In this document: positions 19,548 to 29,624 of the stretch, one piece after another
Numbering within the stretch: position 1 is the stretch's first letter
How the letters are laid out: the number at the start of each line of letters is the position of its first letter
Source of the DNA: a virus
Lineage: Duplodnaviria > Caudoviricetes
IMG/VR virus record: IMGVR_UViG_3300036944_001223
Coordinates: 498 to 64,497 of that record
Length of the DNA: 64,000 nucleotides
Direction: 5' to 3' (one strand)
Notes under the pieces: model-generated
What the model was told of the DNA's origin: nothing
Databases searched by the model: none
Seen by the model: only the letters and a program-made list of their open reading frames with translations
Made by a program: the position numbers and the translations under genes

Positions 19548-20725
19548 TTAATTTCCACACCATTATTGATGATCGTTAAGTTCCTATCAATCTCTTGTAT
19601 TGACATTGGAGCTAGAACTGGATCAGCTCGTCCAACTGTAGAAATGCTAGAATATGCAGAGCTATTGACTCCCACGCTTCCTTTGCTAGTTTGCATTAAC
19701 TGAAAAGCATTACTTCCAGAGTATGAGCTTCCTAGTCTGCCACCAGTCGTTGACGAACAATTTGATGCTCCAAATAACCCATCATAATCATTATAAGTTT
19801 TACGTGGTCTCAATGAATTGCTGAATATACATAAAACTTCGTTATATGCTGCAGCAACTCTTGATATTGCTGACATCAGCCGGCTTGGCAATCCGGCTAC
19901 GGATGAGATGGTACGATTGATGTTGATACCTACAGCAGCCAAATCTGCCGCAATGCTAATTAAAGAGTTGGCGGAACTAAATACTCCGTCCTGAACGCTA
20001 AGGACAGCATCATTTACAGCATTAAAAACTTGAAGAGACTTTGCCGCAAAGTCGGCAATAGTTTTGCCGACAGGCATCAATGCGGCGTCTTTATATGATA
20101 CAGCCTCTTCTATAATCGATTGAATGTTTGCCGACAATTCTTGAAGTTTAACTATTGCACTAGATAAAGCATTTATGCCGGCTGGCACGCTACCTCGAAT
20201 TGGAACAATTTTAAATTGTTCGTCGATATTTGTAGATACTGCCTGGAGAGCGATTTGATACTGAAAAAGTAAAGGCCTAGATTTTGAGCGGCGTAATACA
20301 AACTGAGTTGGTACAACTGACCATGTGAAGTTGTCGAGCATATCAACAAACAAAAGTTTAATTAACGATGGATCAAGACCGTTGTCAATCGACCTCTGTT
20401 TAGCTTTGTGATAATCATGAGCTACCAGCTGATTTAACTGCTCAAATGCCGCGGCCCCATCTTTACCTCCGGCATACGTTTGCCTCCATCCAGTGTGGCC
20501 TGAAATAGTCAAAGATGGCAATCCTTCGCCAAAATTGTCAACCCAACCACTCACATTTCTGCCCAGAGTTTGAGTTATTGCGACGCGAGAAGGCTCCACT
20601 CTATTCAGATCTTCTGGTCTGATTTTTAGAGTAACAGGAGCGCTAAAACGTCCGTTTTCTTGCAATACAAATGCAATCGGGCGAACGCCTGCGCGTTGAT
20701 CTTTCGGTGGAGAGGTATTTTGCAT
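19544..20725 (-). CDS. Tail tube initiator-type baseplate protein
   Basis: PE.L...EP.R....QTLG...WVD.FG.G...LTISG.TG; position between spike and wedge genes. Confidence 0.6.
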   Translation of the reverse strand: MQNTSPPKDQRAGVRPIAFVLQENGRFSAPVTLKIRPEDLNRVEPSRVAITQTLGRNVSGWVDNFGEGLPSLTISGHTGWRQTYAGGKDGAAAFEQLNQLVAHDYHKAKQRSIDNGLDPSLIKLLFVDMLDNFTWSVVPTQFVLRRSKSRPLLFQYQIALQAVSTNIDEQFKIVPIRGSVPAGINALSSAIVKLQELSANIQSIIEEAVSYKDAALMPVGKTIADFAAKSLQVFNAVNDAVLSVQDGVFSSANSLISIAADLAAVGININRTISSVAGLPSRLMSAISRVAAAYNEVLCIFSNSLRPRKTYNDYDGLFGASNCSSTTGGRLGSSYSGSNAFQLMQTSKGSVGVNSSAYSSISTVGRADPVLAPMSIQEIDRNLTIINNGVEIK

Positions 20726-20731
20726 ATTCAA

Positions 20732-20747
20732 ATTCTCGCATCACGAC
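20732..20747 (-). promoter_or_regulatory. Putative late promoter, leaderless geometry
   Basis: GTCGTGATGC-GAGAAT-6nt-ATG. Confidence 0.75.
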
Positions 20748-20762
20748 AAAATAGCTATATCA

Positions 20763-21581
20763 CTACTGCTCTGGCGGACCAGAGACACTAGAACCGGCAG
20801 TCACTCCCGTTTGCTTATGATTTTTAAGGCTTACAGCGTCCGCCACAATATCATCTTCAGCATGAATTCCTTTATCAACTTGCATATTGCCGGTAAATCT
20901 GGCTATTTCCATATCAAATAAACCGCTAGGGGCCTTTATAGTTACTTCTCCAGTTGAGTCGATGAGCGAAGTGCCAGCAACTGCCGCTGATAGGTTCCCA
21001 CCAACATCTACTTCTAGATCGCTTTTCATTGTCATTTTAGCTTTACCGTCAGGCGACAAGGTTACAACTACCTCGTCATCAGCAAGGCCAATTCTAACAA
21101 AAACTTTTCGATCTTTATTTCTGCTGATACTCAAGTTTTTATCAGCATTAGAATTTTCATAATCAACTTTATCGGGGCTTTCACCAATTCTAACATAGGT
21201 GCCGCATGGATGAGATATTTGGTAATTGCCATCGCCATCAATAGTCTTAACCAAATCAGATTGATGGCGATAAATACTCAGCTTTCCATCTTTGAAAAGC
21301 ATTTGGTTTAATTGAGGAAAAATAAAGCCGATCACTATTGGATTTCTACCTAGATAACCGACTAATGCCAATACGTCTTGGCCATCATGATCTCTTTGAG
21401 TTATATCCCACTTATTTTTTTTAGCAATAACCTCAGGAAGATCTACTGTACCAGTTCTTCCGCTGGCGCCCAATGATGACACTTGAGCGCCAATAATGCG
21501 GGCGCCGTCATCGGTCATGACTAAATCAACAGACATGTCCGCGGCATGCGTTTCTACGACGATACCTAATCGTAAGCTCAT
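20763..21581 (-). CDS. Baseplate central spike (gpV/gp45-like)
   Basis: OB-like N-terminus, beta-helix repeats, VSLKNH.Q.GV..G...SGPP tip. Confidence 0.85.
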   Translation of the reverse strand: MSLRLGIVVETHAADMSVDLVMTDDGARIIGAQVSSLGASGRTGTVDLPEVIAKKNKWDITQRDHDGQDVLALVGYLGRNPIVIGFIFPQLNQMLFKDGKLSIYRHQSDLVKTIDGDGNYQISHPCGTYVRIGESPDKVDYENSNADKNLSISRNKDRKVFVRIGLADDEVVVTLSPDGKAKMTMKSDLEVDVGGNLSAAVAGTSLIDSTGEVTIKAPSGLFDMEIARFTGNMQVDKGIHAEDDIVADAVSLKNHKQTGVTAGSSVSGPPEQ

Positions 21582-23117
21582 TTAGGATCCTTTTCTCGTT
21601 GCTTGCTCAGCTAACCATGGAGACTGTTTCCCGCTTTCCATTGCTGATCTAGTGACAAAACCTTGTCCTCTCTCATACGTTATTGTTGCAATGTAGCTTT
21701 GAAATGGTACAAATTCATCGACAATTTGAGTGATGTAAGCAGTGTATTCCATTGCTCCAATTTTAAACTTGGCATAGTCTCCTGCTTTTATGTGCTCTTC
21801 ATTGTCGGCACGCATTAGACCGCCTTTTATCCTGGCGCTGCCCTGCTCAAAAACAACATTGTCTTTATTCATTTCGATCATTAATCTGCGTCGATTATCA
21901 ATCCAACTTTCAGTATCAATGCTCCTCGACTCTTGCTTGTCTGCTGGAAGCCCTCCTGACTCGCTATAAGTTAGATCGGCACCTTGGTTCGTTTCAGAAT
22001 ACATAGGCCTTACACCATAGTATTTAGTTGCTGAGTTAGCATATCCACCAGTAGACACTTGACCTGCTTGAACAGCAAAAAGCTTTCTATAAATATCATC
22101 AATCAAATCGTACTTTTGATTGTTTACCCAAAAGAAATTGGCAACATTATCATCGCTGCGCTCAGAGCTAATAGATACAAGATCATCATCTAAAATGTCA
22201 TTGTAAATTGGCTCAGGAGCATCATCTTGGATCATGTAAGATTTTGCGCCGTCGGGTTTGCTGATATGCATCGCAGGAATTGGGCGATACACAACATGAA
22301 CGCCGTCTGATTTGTCTTCAATATAAAGCTCGTTCCAGACTCCAACGTCACCATACATCTTTGCCAGCTCATACAGTGATCCTTGAGCGCTTTGATAACC
22401 GCCATTGATCACTCCGTGCTTAACAAGTATAAATTGATCTGTTTTTATCGACCTCGGCATAGGCGAGTTTTTGGGCACAAACTCGTCCATAAATGGGTTA
22501 ATAATTTTGTCAATCAGCAGTTTTATGTACTCGCTAGATTTGAGCACATTTGTAGCTTGGATACCAAATTTCTCAAACATATTATATGCAGTTAAATAAG
22601 CCGCAGAAGCATCGTAAGCCCTTAAATAAAGGACTTGGTACATCTGCCATATTTTCCCATAGTCTTGACCTGATATGGATACCGTTCTAGCAGGGATACC
22701 ATTTGGCCCCATAGCCATCCCGCGCCCAACCTTAGAGACAAACCCCCTCATTTTTATTGGGTAAGGTTTTCCTTTTGGCCATACTCCGACGCCTTTCCAC
22801 ATTCTGATCTCTATCATGTCCATTGGTTCAACTAGGCCATAGATAGACTCGAGTGCTTTTGTTACTACGTCACCAGAAAGACCGCTAGAAACTTGAGGCT
22901 GGTCAGAGAATGTAATAGAGAAAGCTCCAGCCGGCTCGCGAATGCCTTTTGTCGTAGTTACACTTGAACCATCACCGAGAAAATGCGTTAGATCAATGAA
23001 TGCTTCTCTACCTTCATATCGTGATGAAACGGCTTTTTTACCATCAATAGTTTTTCTATCAATCGTTTTGTACAGCCTTAAACTGATCTGCGGTTTTGCA
23101 TCTTTAAATGATGGCAT
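21582..23117 (-). CDS. Baseplate hub (gpD/gp27-like)
   Basis: PAG.FSITF, MRGFVSKV, ISGQDYGK; between tape measure and spike. Confidence 0.7.
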   Translation of the reverse strand: MPSFKDAKPQISLRLYKTIDRKTIDGKKAVSSRYEGREAFIDLTHFLGDGSSVTTTKGIREPAGAFSITFSDQPQVSSGLSGDVVTKALESIYGLVEPMDMIEIRMWKGVGVWPKGKPYPIKMRGFVSKVGRGMAMGPNGIPARTVSISGQDYGKIWQMYQVLYLRAYDASAAYLTAYNMFEKFGIQATNVLKSSEYIKLLIDKIINPFMDEFVPKNSPMPRSIKTDQFILVKHGVINGGYQSAQGSLYELAKMYGDVGVWNELYIEDKSDGVHVVYRPIPAMHISKPDGAKSYMIQDDAPEPIYNDILDDDLVSISSERSDDNVANFFWVNNQKYDLIDDIYRKLFAVQAGQVSTGGYANSATKYYGVRPMYSETNQGADLTYSESGGLPADKQESRSIDTESWIDNRRRLMIEMNKDNVVFEQGSARIKGGLMRADNEEHIKAGDYAKFKIGAMEYTAYITQIVDEFVPFQSYIATITYERGQGFVTRSAMESGKQSPWLAEQATRKGS

Positions 23118-25625
23118 TTAATTCCTCACAGTTCCAAAAGGCGTAGCGGGCCTCAATGTTGTCGTTATCGATTGGCTAGGCATTACCTGCTGGCCTCGTT
23201 CATTTCTATGAATGACTTCGATCGGAGTAGCGTCTAATACAAATCTTTGCTCTCCACCATGTCCATTGCCAGCCGCATTTGGGATCTGAGTTCCAGATTT
23301 TTGAGCTTTAGATACTTCATCTTGCTGCTGAAGCCTGATAGAGTCTGCCTTGTCAATTCTAAACTTTTCCTCGTCCAATCTTGATTTTTCACTTTGAATT
23401 GAGCGATTTGCCTCTATATCAATTTTTCTGCGTCTTTCATCAAGATCTTTTTGTAACTGATTGGCAGCCACCCCATTGTCACCATACACAGACTGTGGCC
23501 CACCGCTATATCTGCGCTTTTCAAATTCAGAAAGATAATCAGCTTTGTCTTTAGATGTTGCCGTGCCCATTGAGACTTTTTCTTGATAACTTTTAAACCA
23601 ATCCTTACCGCTAAGTTTAGTGTTATTTGGATCTAGCGCCATTGCATCCATTTGTTTTTGATATTCAGTTTTAGCGTTAGCTTTTTCCTGAGCAGCGGTA
23701 CCAGAAATACGAGAAATACGTGATTTAGAATCTGCTTCAGCAATTTTATTTAAAACATCAACGCCGCTCAGCTCATCGTCTTTACCGGCTAAATATAGAA
23801 TACCAGCCCTCATATCTTGAGTGAGTGGTATTAACTGGCTAGCTATCAAGGTTTTCATATTATCGATAGCAATTTTGCTATCATGAATATCTTTCCCCTG
23901 AGTTTGTTCCTGCCCTCTTGTTGCAATTAATGACAGTAGAGTCTGCTTCATTTGATCCGTATTGCCTGAGGACATTGAGGCGTCTAACTGCTTACGCTCT
24001 TCAGAACTTAACCCTTCCGATCCTGTTCTGCTCCTAAGGTCTCCCGCTACAGAGTTAAGCACGCCTTGATCCCCTGTCAGTATCTTGCCCATCGTAGCAA
24101 TTGACTCACCTCTAAGCTTGCTGATATCAAAACCTTTACCAAGTCGACCTTCAAGCTCGCCCATTTGATTTGGTTTCATATCTAACATTGCAGCAGCTTG
24201 GCTCTTACCGATCCCCAAATGCTTGCTAGATGCTTCCAGTAGCATCCAAGGGTCTTTATATTGTTCTTTGAGCAAGTCTAGCGTTTGCCCATAAAAGCTG
24301 CCGCCAGTGCCGCCTGGTGACTTTATGCCGCGTTTTGATAAATATCGACCTATCGCTGTATCATTACCGAATGCTTGGCTTGTAGATGAGAGTGGGCTTT
24401 CTCGCCAAACTCCACCAGCTATTGGGTTTAGCCCATTTTTCTCGGCAATTCTAGATGAGAAAAACTGACTTGCTTCACCAGCACCACCACCCTGCTGAAG
24501 AGTACCAATTATTCTGCTCAGGATGGCAGCAGAGTTTGATGGATCTAACCCAGGTGTTCCACTGCCGATCATGCTCGACAACAATCCACCATAAGCGCTG
24601 ATATTTGCCGCGCTTAATGACAGTTTTGTTTGAGTTGTTGCATAGCCAGATATTGCGTCCATAACCTCGGCTGATTTAGCAAAAGCGTCAGATTTACCTA
24701 TGGTTTCCCCAATTAGCAAAGCCATCCGCTTGGTATCTTGGTCGTTATTAGTAATCTTGAGCCCGCGCATAATACCAAGAGCATTAACGCCAGCCGAAGA
24801 GTCGAGACCAAGTGATCTAGACAAACCTATTCCGGTACCAGCTTCTCCAGCGGCAGATCTGGCATCATCTACATTCAGATTACCAAGCTTGGAAAACTGC
24901 TCAGTTAACTTAGTTGACTCGCTATATAAAACATGGTTTTGATCTGCGGAGTCTCTTACCGACGCTTCCAGCGCCCCAAATGATACTGTCACATCCCCGA
25001 GGACTCGTTTAAGCCGATCATTAGCGGTAGCATTGGACTCGGCTTCTCCAATTTTTTCTGTTGCGGCGCCAATAATTTTTGAAACGCCAAGCGCAGCAAT
25101 CCCCCCGAGCAAGCCCATCATGCCAGCGCCGAACCCCGCAGACATGCCGCGTCCAATGGCATTAGAGGCTACGCCTCCAACACCGCCAGTAGCGCCACTA
25201 GATGCGCCTAATCCGGCTTGAGCTGCGCGAGCCGCCGCCCTCTTGGCTGCGTCAGCAACACCAGTACCACCACCTTTTTTCTCGGAAAATGTAGTCCCTG
25301 TAACAAACTGAAAAGCTTGCGCCATTTTTGCAGTTTTAGTTTTGTCATTATCATAGAGTTTCCCCCAGTCAAGATCGACAAAGCTACTGCCAGACTGGCC
25401 AGAAACCTTCACTCGTCTGGCCATCTCCCGATTGAGCTGGAGAAGCTTTTGGAACCGCTTCTCTAGCTCGTCCATATTTTTTATGGAGCCGGCAGGGATT
25501 GGGTCAAACTTTACTTTATTCGCTTGCGCAATAGTTTTACCGATCTTGTTGATATCGTTAGTAACACTTTGCGAATCAAATATAGCCTGAACGCCAATTT
25601 TTATGGTCATATCATATCCTGCCAA
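23118..25625 (-). CDS. Tape measure protein (start 25625 or 25610)
   Basis: Long Ala/Gly-rich helical protein directly after the chaperone pair. Confidence 0.8.
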   Translation of the reverse strand: MAGYDMTIKIGVQAIFDSQSVTNDINKIGKTIAQANKVKFDPIPAGSIKNMDELEKRFQKLLQLNREMARRVKVSGQSGSSFVDLDWGKLYDNDKTKTAKMAQAFQFVTGTTFSEKKGGGTGVADAAKRAAARAAQAGLGASSGATGGVGGVASNAIGRGMSAGFGAGMMGLLGGIAALGVSKIIGAATEKIGEAESNATANDRLKRVLGDVTVSFGALEASVRDSADQNHVLYSESTKLTEQFSKLGNLNVDDARSAAGEAGTGIGLSRSLGLDSSAGVNALGIMRGLKITNNDQDTKRMALLIGETIGKSDAFAKSAEVMDAISGYATTQTKLSLSAANISAYGGLLSSMIGSGTPGLDPSNSAAILSRIIGTLQQGGGAGEASQFFSSRIAEKNGLNPIAGGVWRESPLSSTSQAFGNDTAIGRYLSKRGIKSPGGTGGSFYGQTLDLLKEQYKDPWMLLEASSKHLGIGKSQAAAMLDMKPNQMGELEGRLGKGFDISKLRGESIATMGKILTGDQGVLNSVAGDLRSRTGSEGLSSEERKQLDASMSSGNTDQMKQTLLSLIATRGQEQTQGKDIHDSKIAIDNMKTLIASQLIPLTQDMRAGILYLAGKDDELSGVDVLNKIAEADSKSRISRISGTAAQEKANAKTEYQKQMDAMALDPNNTKLSGKDWFKSYQEKVSMGTATSKDKADYLSEFEKRRYSGGPQSVYGDNGVAANQLQKDLDERRRKIDIEANRSIQSEKSRLDEEKFRIDKADSIRLQQQDEVSKAQKSGTQIPNAAGNGHGGEQRFVLDATPIEVIHRNERGQQVMPSQSITTTLRPATPFGTVRN

Positions 25626-25894
25626 TCATCTGGATGAGCTTCCATGAGCTGCAATATATCATCTTGATCAAAATCTTCGTCTTCAACTTCATCAGCCAAT
25701 TTTGGATTGCTGAAATACTGGAAAGCCCAATAATCAGTCATAATTTGCTCTAAAGTTGCCTCAAGAAATCTTGGATCATTTTCAGTTAATTTATAATGCT
25801 GTCGATACCAAAACTCATAACTTGAGTAGTGACTTTTAGCCTTCTGCTTCGCTAGTTTCTGCTGCTCTCGATCTAAAAGATTTCTCTTTTTCAC
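25607..25894 (-). CDS. Tail assembly chaperone C-terminal extension (lambda gpT-like)
   Basis: Overlaps upstream chaperone in the +1 frame; FWYR..Y.L..NDPRFL. Confidence 0.7.
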   Translation of the reverse strand: MKKRNLLDREQQKLAKQKAKSHYSSYEFWYRQHYKLTENDPRFLEATLEQIMTDYWAFQYFSNPKLADEVEDEDFDQDDILQLMEAHPDDWQDMI

Positions 25895-26174
25895 GAAAGG
25901 ACTCGTAAACTAACCTCATCTGCTTGTAGGTTTCTAAATCTAGCGGGTCCATTTCCTCAAGATCCCAATCTTTTGGACATGAAACCATCATTACTTTAAA
26001 TACTGAAATCCATCCGCACACTGTTTGCAGCCATTCCGTCGGCTCAACACCTTGAATCAATGATGCATACTCAACTTGAACCTGTATCTCATCACTCATT
26101 TTGCGGCGTCCGAAGGAAAATTTCCCGACACCTTCAACATTTATATCGAAATCACTTTCGGCAGGTTTGCGCAT
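25836..26174 (-). CDS. Tail assembly chaperone (lambda gpG-like)
   Basis: Small acidic protein between tube and tape measure genes. Confidence 0.75.
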   Translation of the reverse strand: MRKPAESDFDINVEGVGKFSFGRRKMSDEIQVQVEYASLIQGVEPTEWLQTVCGWISVFKVMMVSCPKDWDLEEMDPLDLETYKQMRLVYESFREKEKSFRSRAAETSEAEG

Positions 26175-26196
26175 TTTTATCACCAACTAATAAAGT

Positions 26197-26223
26197 AAAA
26201 AGCCGACCATGGTTCGGTCGGCA
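26197..26223 (-). terminator. Intrinsic terminator after tail tube gene
   Basis: GCCGACC stem pair with T run on minus strand. Confidence 0.65.
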
Positions 26224-26238
26224 GATTTATGACTTAGA

Positions 26239-26661
26239 TTAAATTTGAGCACCGACAACATCTAGTGCATTAAACTGTGCTGACTGCATTACAATCGCAT
26301 GTTTTGACACATCAATGTCGCCAGAAGCATAAGAACAGCCGAGGTATTTTCTCAGCAAAGTTCCATCATCTTTGTCAAACATTTCAAAGTCAAAAACTAG
26401 GCCTTGCAGCACACCATCGCCATTTTCCATGGCCACGCCGGCTTTGATCAGTGAGCCTTTGTTTAGCACCATGGCACTAACACTTAATGAGTGTCTAGCC
26501 ATCGTTGGCACGTACTCTTGAGCGTGAATGTCACCAATACCACTTGCTGGCTCGGGGCTATAATCATCATTAGAGCGAACAGATTGGAGAAGCCCAACCT
26601 GCTTGCCGTCCAGCACAACGGCAATTCGGTTGCCTGTGCGGGTTTTTAAGTTGCTTTTCAT
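26239..26661 (-). CDS. Tail tube protein
   Basis: 140 aa after sheath; TGNRI....DG..VG..QS, GIG.I...EYVP. Confidence 0.85.
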   Translation of the reverse strand: MKSNLKTRTGNRIAVVLDGKQVGLLQSVRSNDDYSPEPASGIGDIHAQEYVPTMARHSLSVSAMVLNKGSLIKAGVAMENGDGVLQGLVFDFEMFDKDDGTLLRKYLGCSYASGDIDVSKHAIVMQSAQFNALDVVGAQI

Positions 26662-26697
26662 TTCTGTTCCTCAGGAAAGATTTTTGCATGCTCATTG

Positions 26698-26713
26698 ATG
26701 TTGGCATCACGAC
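26698..26713 (-). promoter_or_regulatory. Putative late promoter for tail tube
   Basis: GTCGTGATGC-CAACAT, just past the terminator-like hairpin at ~26731-26752. Confidence 0.75.
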
Positions 26714-26769
26714 CAACGTTATAAAAAATAAAAGCGCCAACATGGGCGCTTTTGTTATTTAAACTTTGG

Positions 26770-28494
26770 CTAACCAGTAACTGCGCCGCTGTATGGCTTG
26801 GCGTAAACAGTTACAAGAACGTAGTTATTCGGTACAACAGGGGAGCACTCAAATGTTATTCGAGTAACATCACCCTCTAGCGTAGCGGAAATATTTCGGT
26901 AAGCCGGATTTGTTGCGTCCCCAGCTAAAACACCAGGACCTTCAGGCTCTGCTCTGGCCAACTCTTTTAAAGTTGAGTCAGTAATGCTAATGGCTCGAGA
27001 CAATAATAGAGGGTTGCCTTTTTGCCCGCGTAGAACATCAACAGCTGTGCGTACATTTCTGACTGTGAAATCTAATGCAGCGCCGGTTGACTGCTCAACA
27101 AGATTATACTTGTCATTAGCAAGCCAAGTGCTGATAGATTGTACTACCTTAAAGCCTTCATCGGTATCTTCAACACAGAGAACACCGCCAAGAATTAAAG
27201 GATCCGTATCGGTAGGATTAAGCAGTTTACGCTCAAAGCCTCTAACAGTCATAACCTTGTTAGTCAAAGGCGTGCCGGGATTAACTCCAGCAAACATAGC
27301 CGCAATTAACGCGGCGGTCAGGTATGGCGGCTTTAATACAAGCTCACCAGTTACTGCGTCATTGTCGTAGTAACCAATATGAACCAGTGATGTTCTTGGG
27401 CTGCCTAACGCTTTCGCCGCATCTAATGCCTGAGCATCAGTCGAAGCTGCTACCATACCACAGACTGCACGCCTTTCACGTCGCAAAACAGTGGAGCACA
27501 ATTGAACGTGTGCATCAGCCATTGCATGAATCGCCGCATCGCCTGAAACGGGGCAAACCCACTGTACGTCTGCAGTTTGCAACTTAGCAAAAGCGTCTGA
27601 CCAGTCCAGGTTAGTCGTAGTTCCTTCGGATCCGCCGGCAAGATATGTGAATGGAATATTTGCAGGAAGAGTGCCTGAGGCATCAACCCGTGTAGCTACT
27701 ACCATGTTTGCAGCATACGTGTTGAACCATTTCACTAAAGCTTGCAAATCAGCTCTCACGGCATAAGCGGCAGTTTTGCAATCTTGATCAGTTATAAAAT
27801 CCAAACCATTTAACGCATTTACATTTTCGCTACTATCTAACGCTGTAGCGCTAAAGCCTGCGATCGTATTGATTTTATCAACAATAGAGCCAACTGTTTT
27901 AAATGAAGCTAAATCAATAGTTGCAACCGCCGTAGCAGCAGGCGCATTAATAACAACTGTCGTAGCTGTAACTGTTACGGTAGCGGTAGCTTCGGCGCCG
28001 TCATAAAGAACACTAAAAGCCCCGCGCCCAATATTGTCAGCGTATGCATAACCGTTATCAACATCTGACTGCACAGTCACTTTTTTGCCGACAACTGTAC
28101 CGCTTTCAATTTTTACTTTAGTCAGATTATCTGACAAGCCATAATTTGCAGAGGCTAAATTAATAACCGCTGCAGGGACAGAGTTCTGCAGAGCTAAAAC
28201 AGCTTGAGTTGCAGGATTAACCCGTACAGCATTGACAACTGAAGGGGCGCCGGTTTCTGCCGACGGGGAGAACGCCTTTAAAACAGCTGTCAGCAATTCA
28301 CCGCTGCGAAGAACTGCTTTAGCTTCTTCTGGATTGCCAAAGCGCAAAACCGTCTTAGGCTGTCCGCCAGTTGATTTGCCAACATATGCTAAGGCATTGC
28401 CGACTGTTAGATTCTGGTTTTGCATTGCATCGTCATTGACCACGCTAGCAGTTGTGGGCGTAACCAGAAGCTGCCCATTGAAAAATACAGACAT
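26770..28494 (-). CDS. Tail sheath protein
   Basis: 574 aa; G.S.GG.P, L.SGEL..A, LAGGS.GT, PLTNK, VVQSISTW, P..P.NY.LV. Confidence 0.9.
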   Translation of the reverse strand: MSVFFNGQLLVTPTTASVVNDDAMQNQNLTVGNALAYVGKSTGGQPKTVLRFGNPEEAKAVLRSGELLTAVLKAFSPSAETGAPSVVNAVRVNPATQAVLALQNSVPAAVINLASANYGLSDNLTKVKIESGTVVGKKVTVQSDVDNGYAYADNIGRGAFSVLYDGAEATATVTVTATTVVINAPAATAVATIDLASFKTVGSIVDKINTIAGFSATALDSSENVNALNGLDFITDQDCKTAAYAVRADLQALVKWFNTYAANMVVATRVDASGTLPANIPFTYLAGGSEGTTTNLDWSDAFAKLQTADVQWVCPVSGDAAIHAMADAHVQLCSTVLRRERRAVCGMVAASTDAQALDAAKALGSPRTSLVHIGYYDNDAVTGELVLKPPYLTAALIAAMFAGVNPGTPLTNKVMTVRGFERKLLNPTDTDPLILGGVLCVEDTDEGFKVVQSISTWLANDKYNLVEQSTGAALDFTVRNVRTAVDVLRGQKGNPLLLSRAISITDSTLKELARAEPEGPGVLAGDATNPAYRNISATLEGDVTRITFECSPVVPNNYVLVTVYAKPYSGAVTG

Positions 28495-28505
28495 TTTTAC
28501 CTCGC

Positions 28506-28724
28506 TTATGCGGGTCGGTTAATAAAAGCCTTAAAACGCTCGTCGAATTCCGACTCGCTAGCTTTGAGGCGATTTGCTCGTCTCTCATCTGCTTCAAAGC
28601 CTGAGATTAACTCAACACGCTTTTCTTTAGTTGAAAGACGAATGCAAAAATCCCTCAAAGTGAGCTCTATTTCAGGGGCACTTTGAAGGGCTGTAGACTT
28701 TTGAGATTTTTGAACTGTTGCCAT
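28506..28724 (-). CDS. Small hypothetical protein upstream of sheath
   Basis: In operon; RBS and tight spacing. Confidence 0.65.
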   Translation of the reverse strand: MATVQKSQKSTALQSAPEIELTLRDFCIRLSTKEKRVELISGFEADERRANRLKASESEFDERFKAFINRPA

Positions 28725-28726
28725 AG

Positions 28727-29557
28727 TTATGTACCCGCAGTAATTTCAACGTCATTAATTTTATTAACTCTTCCGCCGACTCTTACCGGCGCTATGCAGG
28801 AAAAGCTGCACACTACTTGATACATGTTCACGTCATATTCGCCGTTGATTGCATCAACATCTTGCATCCCGACGTTTACTTGCTCAATGCCATTGGATGA
28901 TAAAACGGTAAGATTGGCGACAATGATCCGTCTTAAAGCTTTTCTCAACTCTATTCGTTCATCACTGTTAGTAGACCATGCCACTATCGACAACTGCACG
29001 TCAGCAAGCCACCCCTCTGACTCATACCAGTCTAGATCAATAGCATCATACTCATCACCGCCTATGTCTTCGCCAATACCTCGGGCTCCAGAGGTTTCGC
29101 TCAGCATATGTAAAGTGATCAATGGGAATCGCAGCTGCTGCTCAAGCGATGGCGGGGCAGTATATACTTGCACGTATCCGATATCGGCAATAATGTTCCC
29201 GCGTTCAACTTCGACTTTCATCCCCGCTTCTATTCTTTCTCTCATTAATGAGAGCACGTCGGTAGAATGCTCTTCATATGTTGAAGTTGGAGTACCAGAA
29301 GCTGTAACGCTAGAATTCCATGCAACCCCATCAAAGTAATAAACCTTGTAAAAAGCCATAACTTCATTAATGAGAAATGCGGTGTCGAGAAAAACCTTAT
29401 CGTCACCCTCGTATGCGACTATTGCGCTGCTATCATTCTCATCAACAAACGAGTCTGAGCCCTTCCTTAACACTCTCCAATACATGGATCCTGCTGGCGG
29501 GCTAATGAACACTCTTAATGCGTTGCCAATTGGTACTGGCTGAATCATTGCAATCAT
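28727..29557 (-). CDS. Tail terminator/completion-like protein
   Basis: Upstream of sheath; FPLITL, LSIVAWS.N.DER..L; start moved to ATG 29557. Confidence 0.6.
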   Translation of the reverse strand: MIAMIQPVPIGNALRVFISPPAGSMYWRVLRKGSDSFVDENDSSAIVAYEGDDKVFLDTAFLINEVMAFYKVYYFDGVAWNSSVTASGTPTSTYEEHSTDVLSLMRERIEAGMKVEVERGNIIADIGYVQVYTAPPSLEQQLRFPLITLHMLSETSGARGIGEDIGGDEYDAIDLDWYESEGWLADVQLSIVAWSTNSDERIELRKALRRIIVANLTVLSSNGIEQVNVGMQDVDAINGEYDVNMYQVVCSFSCIAPVRVGGRVNKINDVEITAGT

Positions 29558-29564
29558 GACAATG

Positions 29565-29597
29565 AGTTTGGCATCACGACAAGCGTGACGGCATAAT
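29565..29597. promoter_or_regulatory. Back-to-back putative late promoters
   Basis: Minus: GTCGTGATGC-CAAACT-7nt-ATG; plus: AGCGTGACGG-CATAAT (29582-29597). Confidence 0.7.
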
Positions 29598-29624
29598 GCA
29601 GAAAACACCGGATGGATCTTTATC

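Noticed and set aside
16622-26717. Short inverted flanks around two late-motif copies (CTTG/CAAG, GTTGG/CCAAC) suggesting N4-like hairpin promoters
   Set aside because: Absent from most other copies; probably chance
10431-28494. Tailocin or extracellular contractile injection system interpretation
   Set aside because: Complete head and DNA-packaging genes are present
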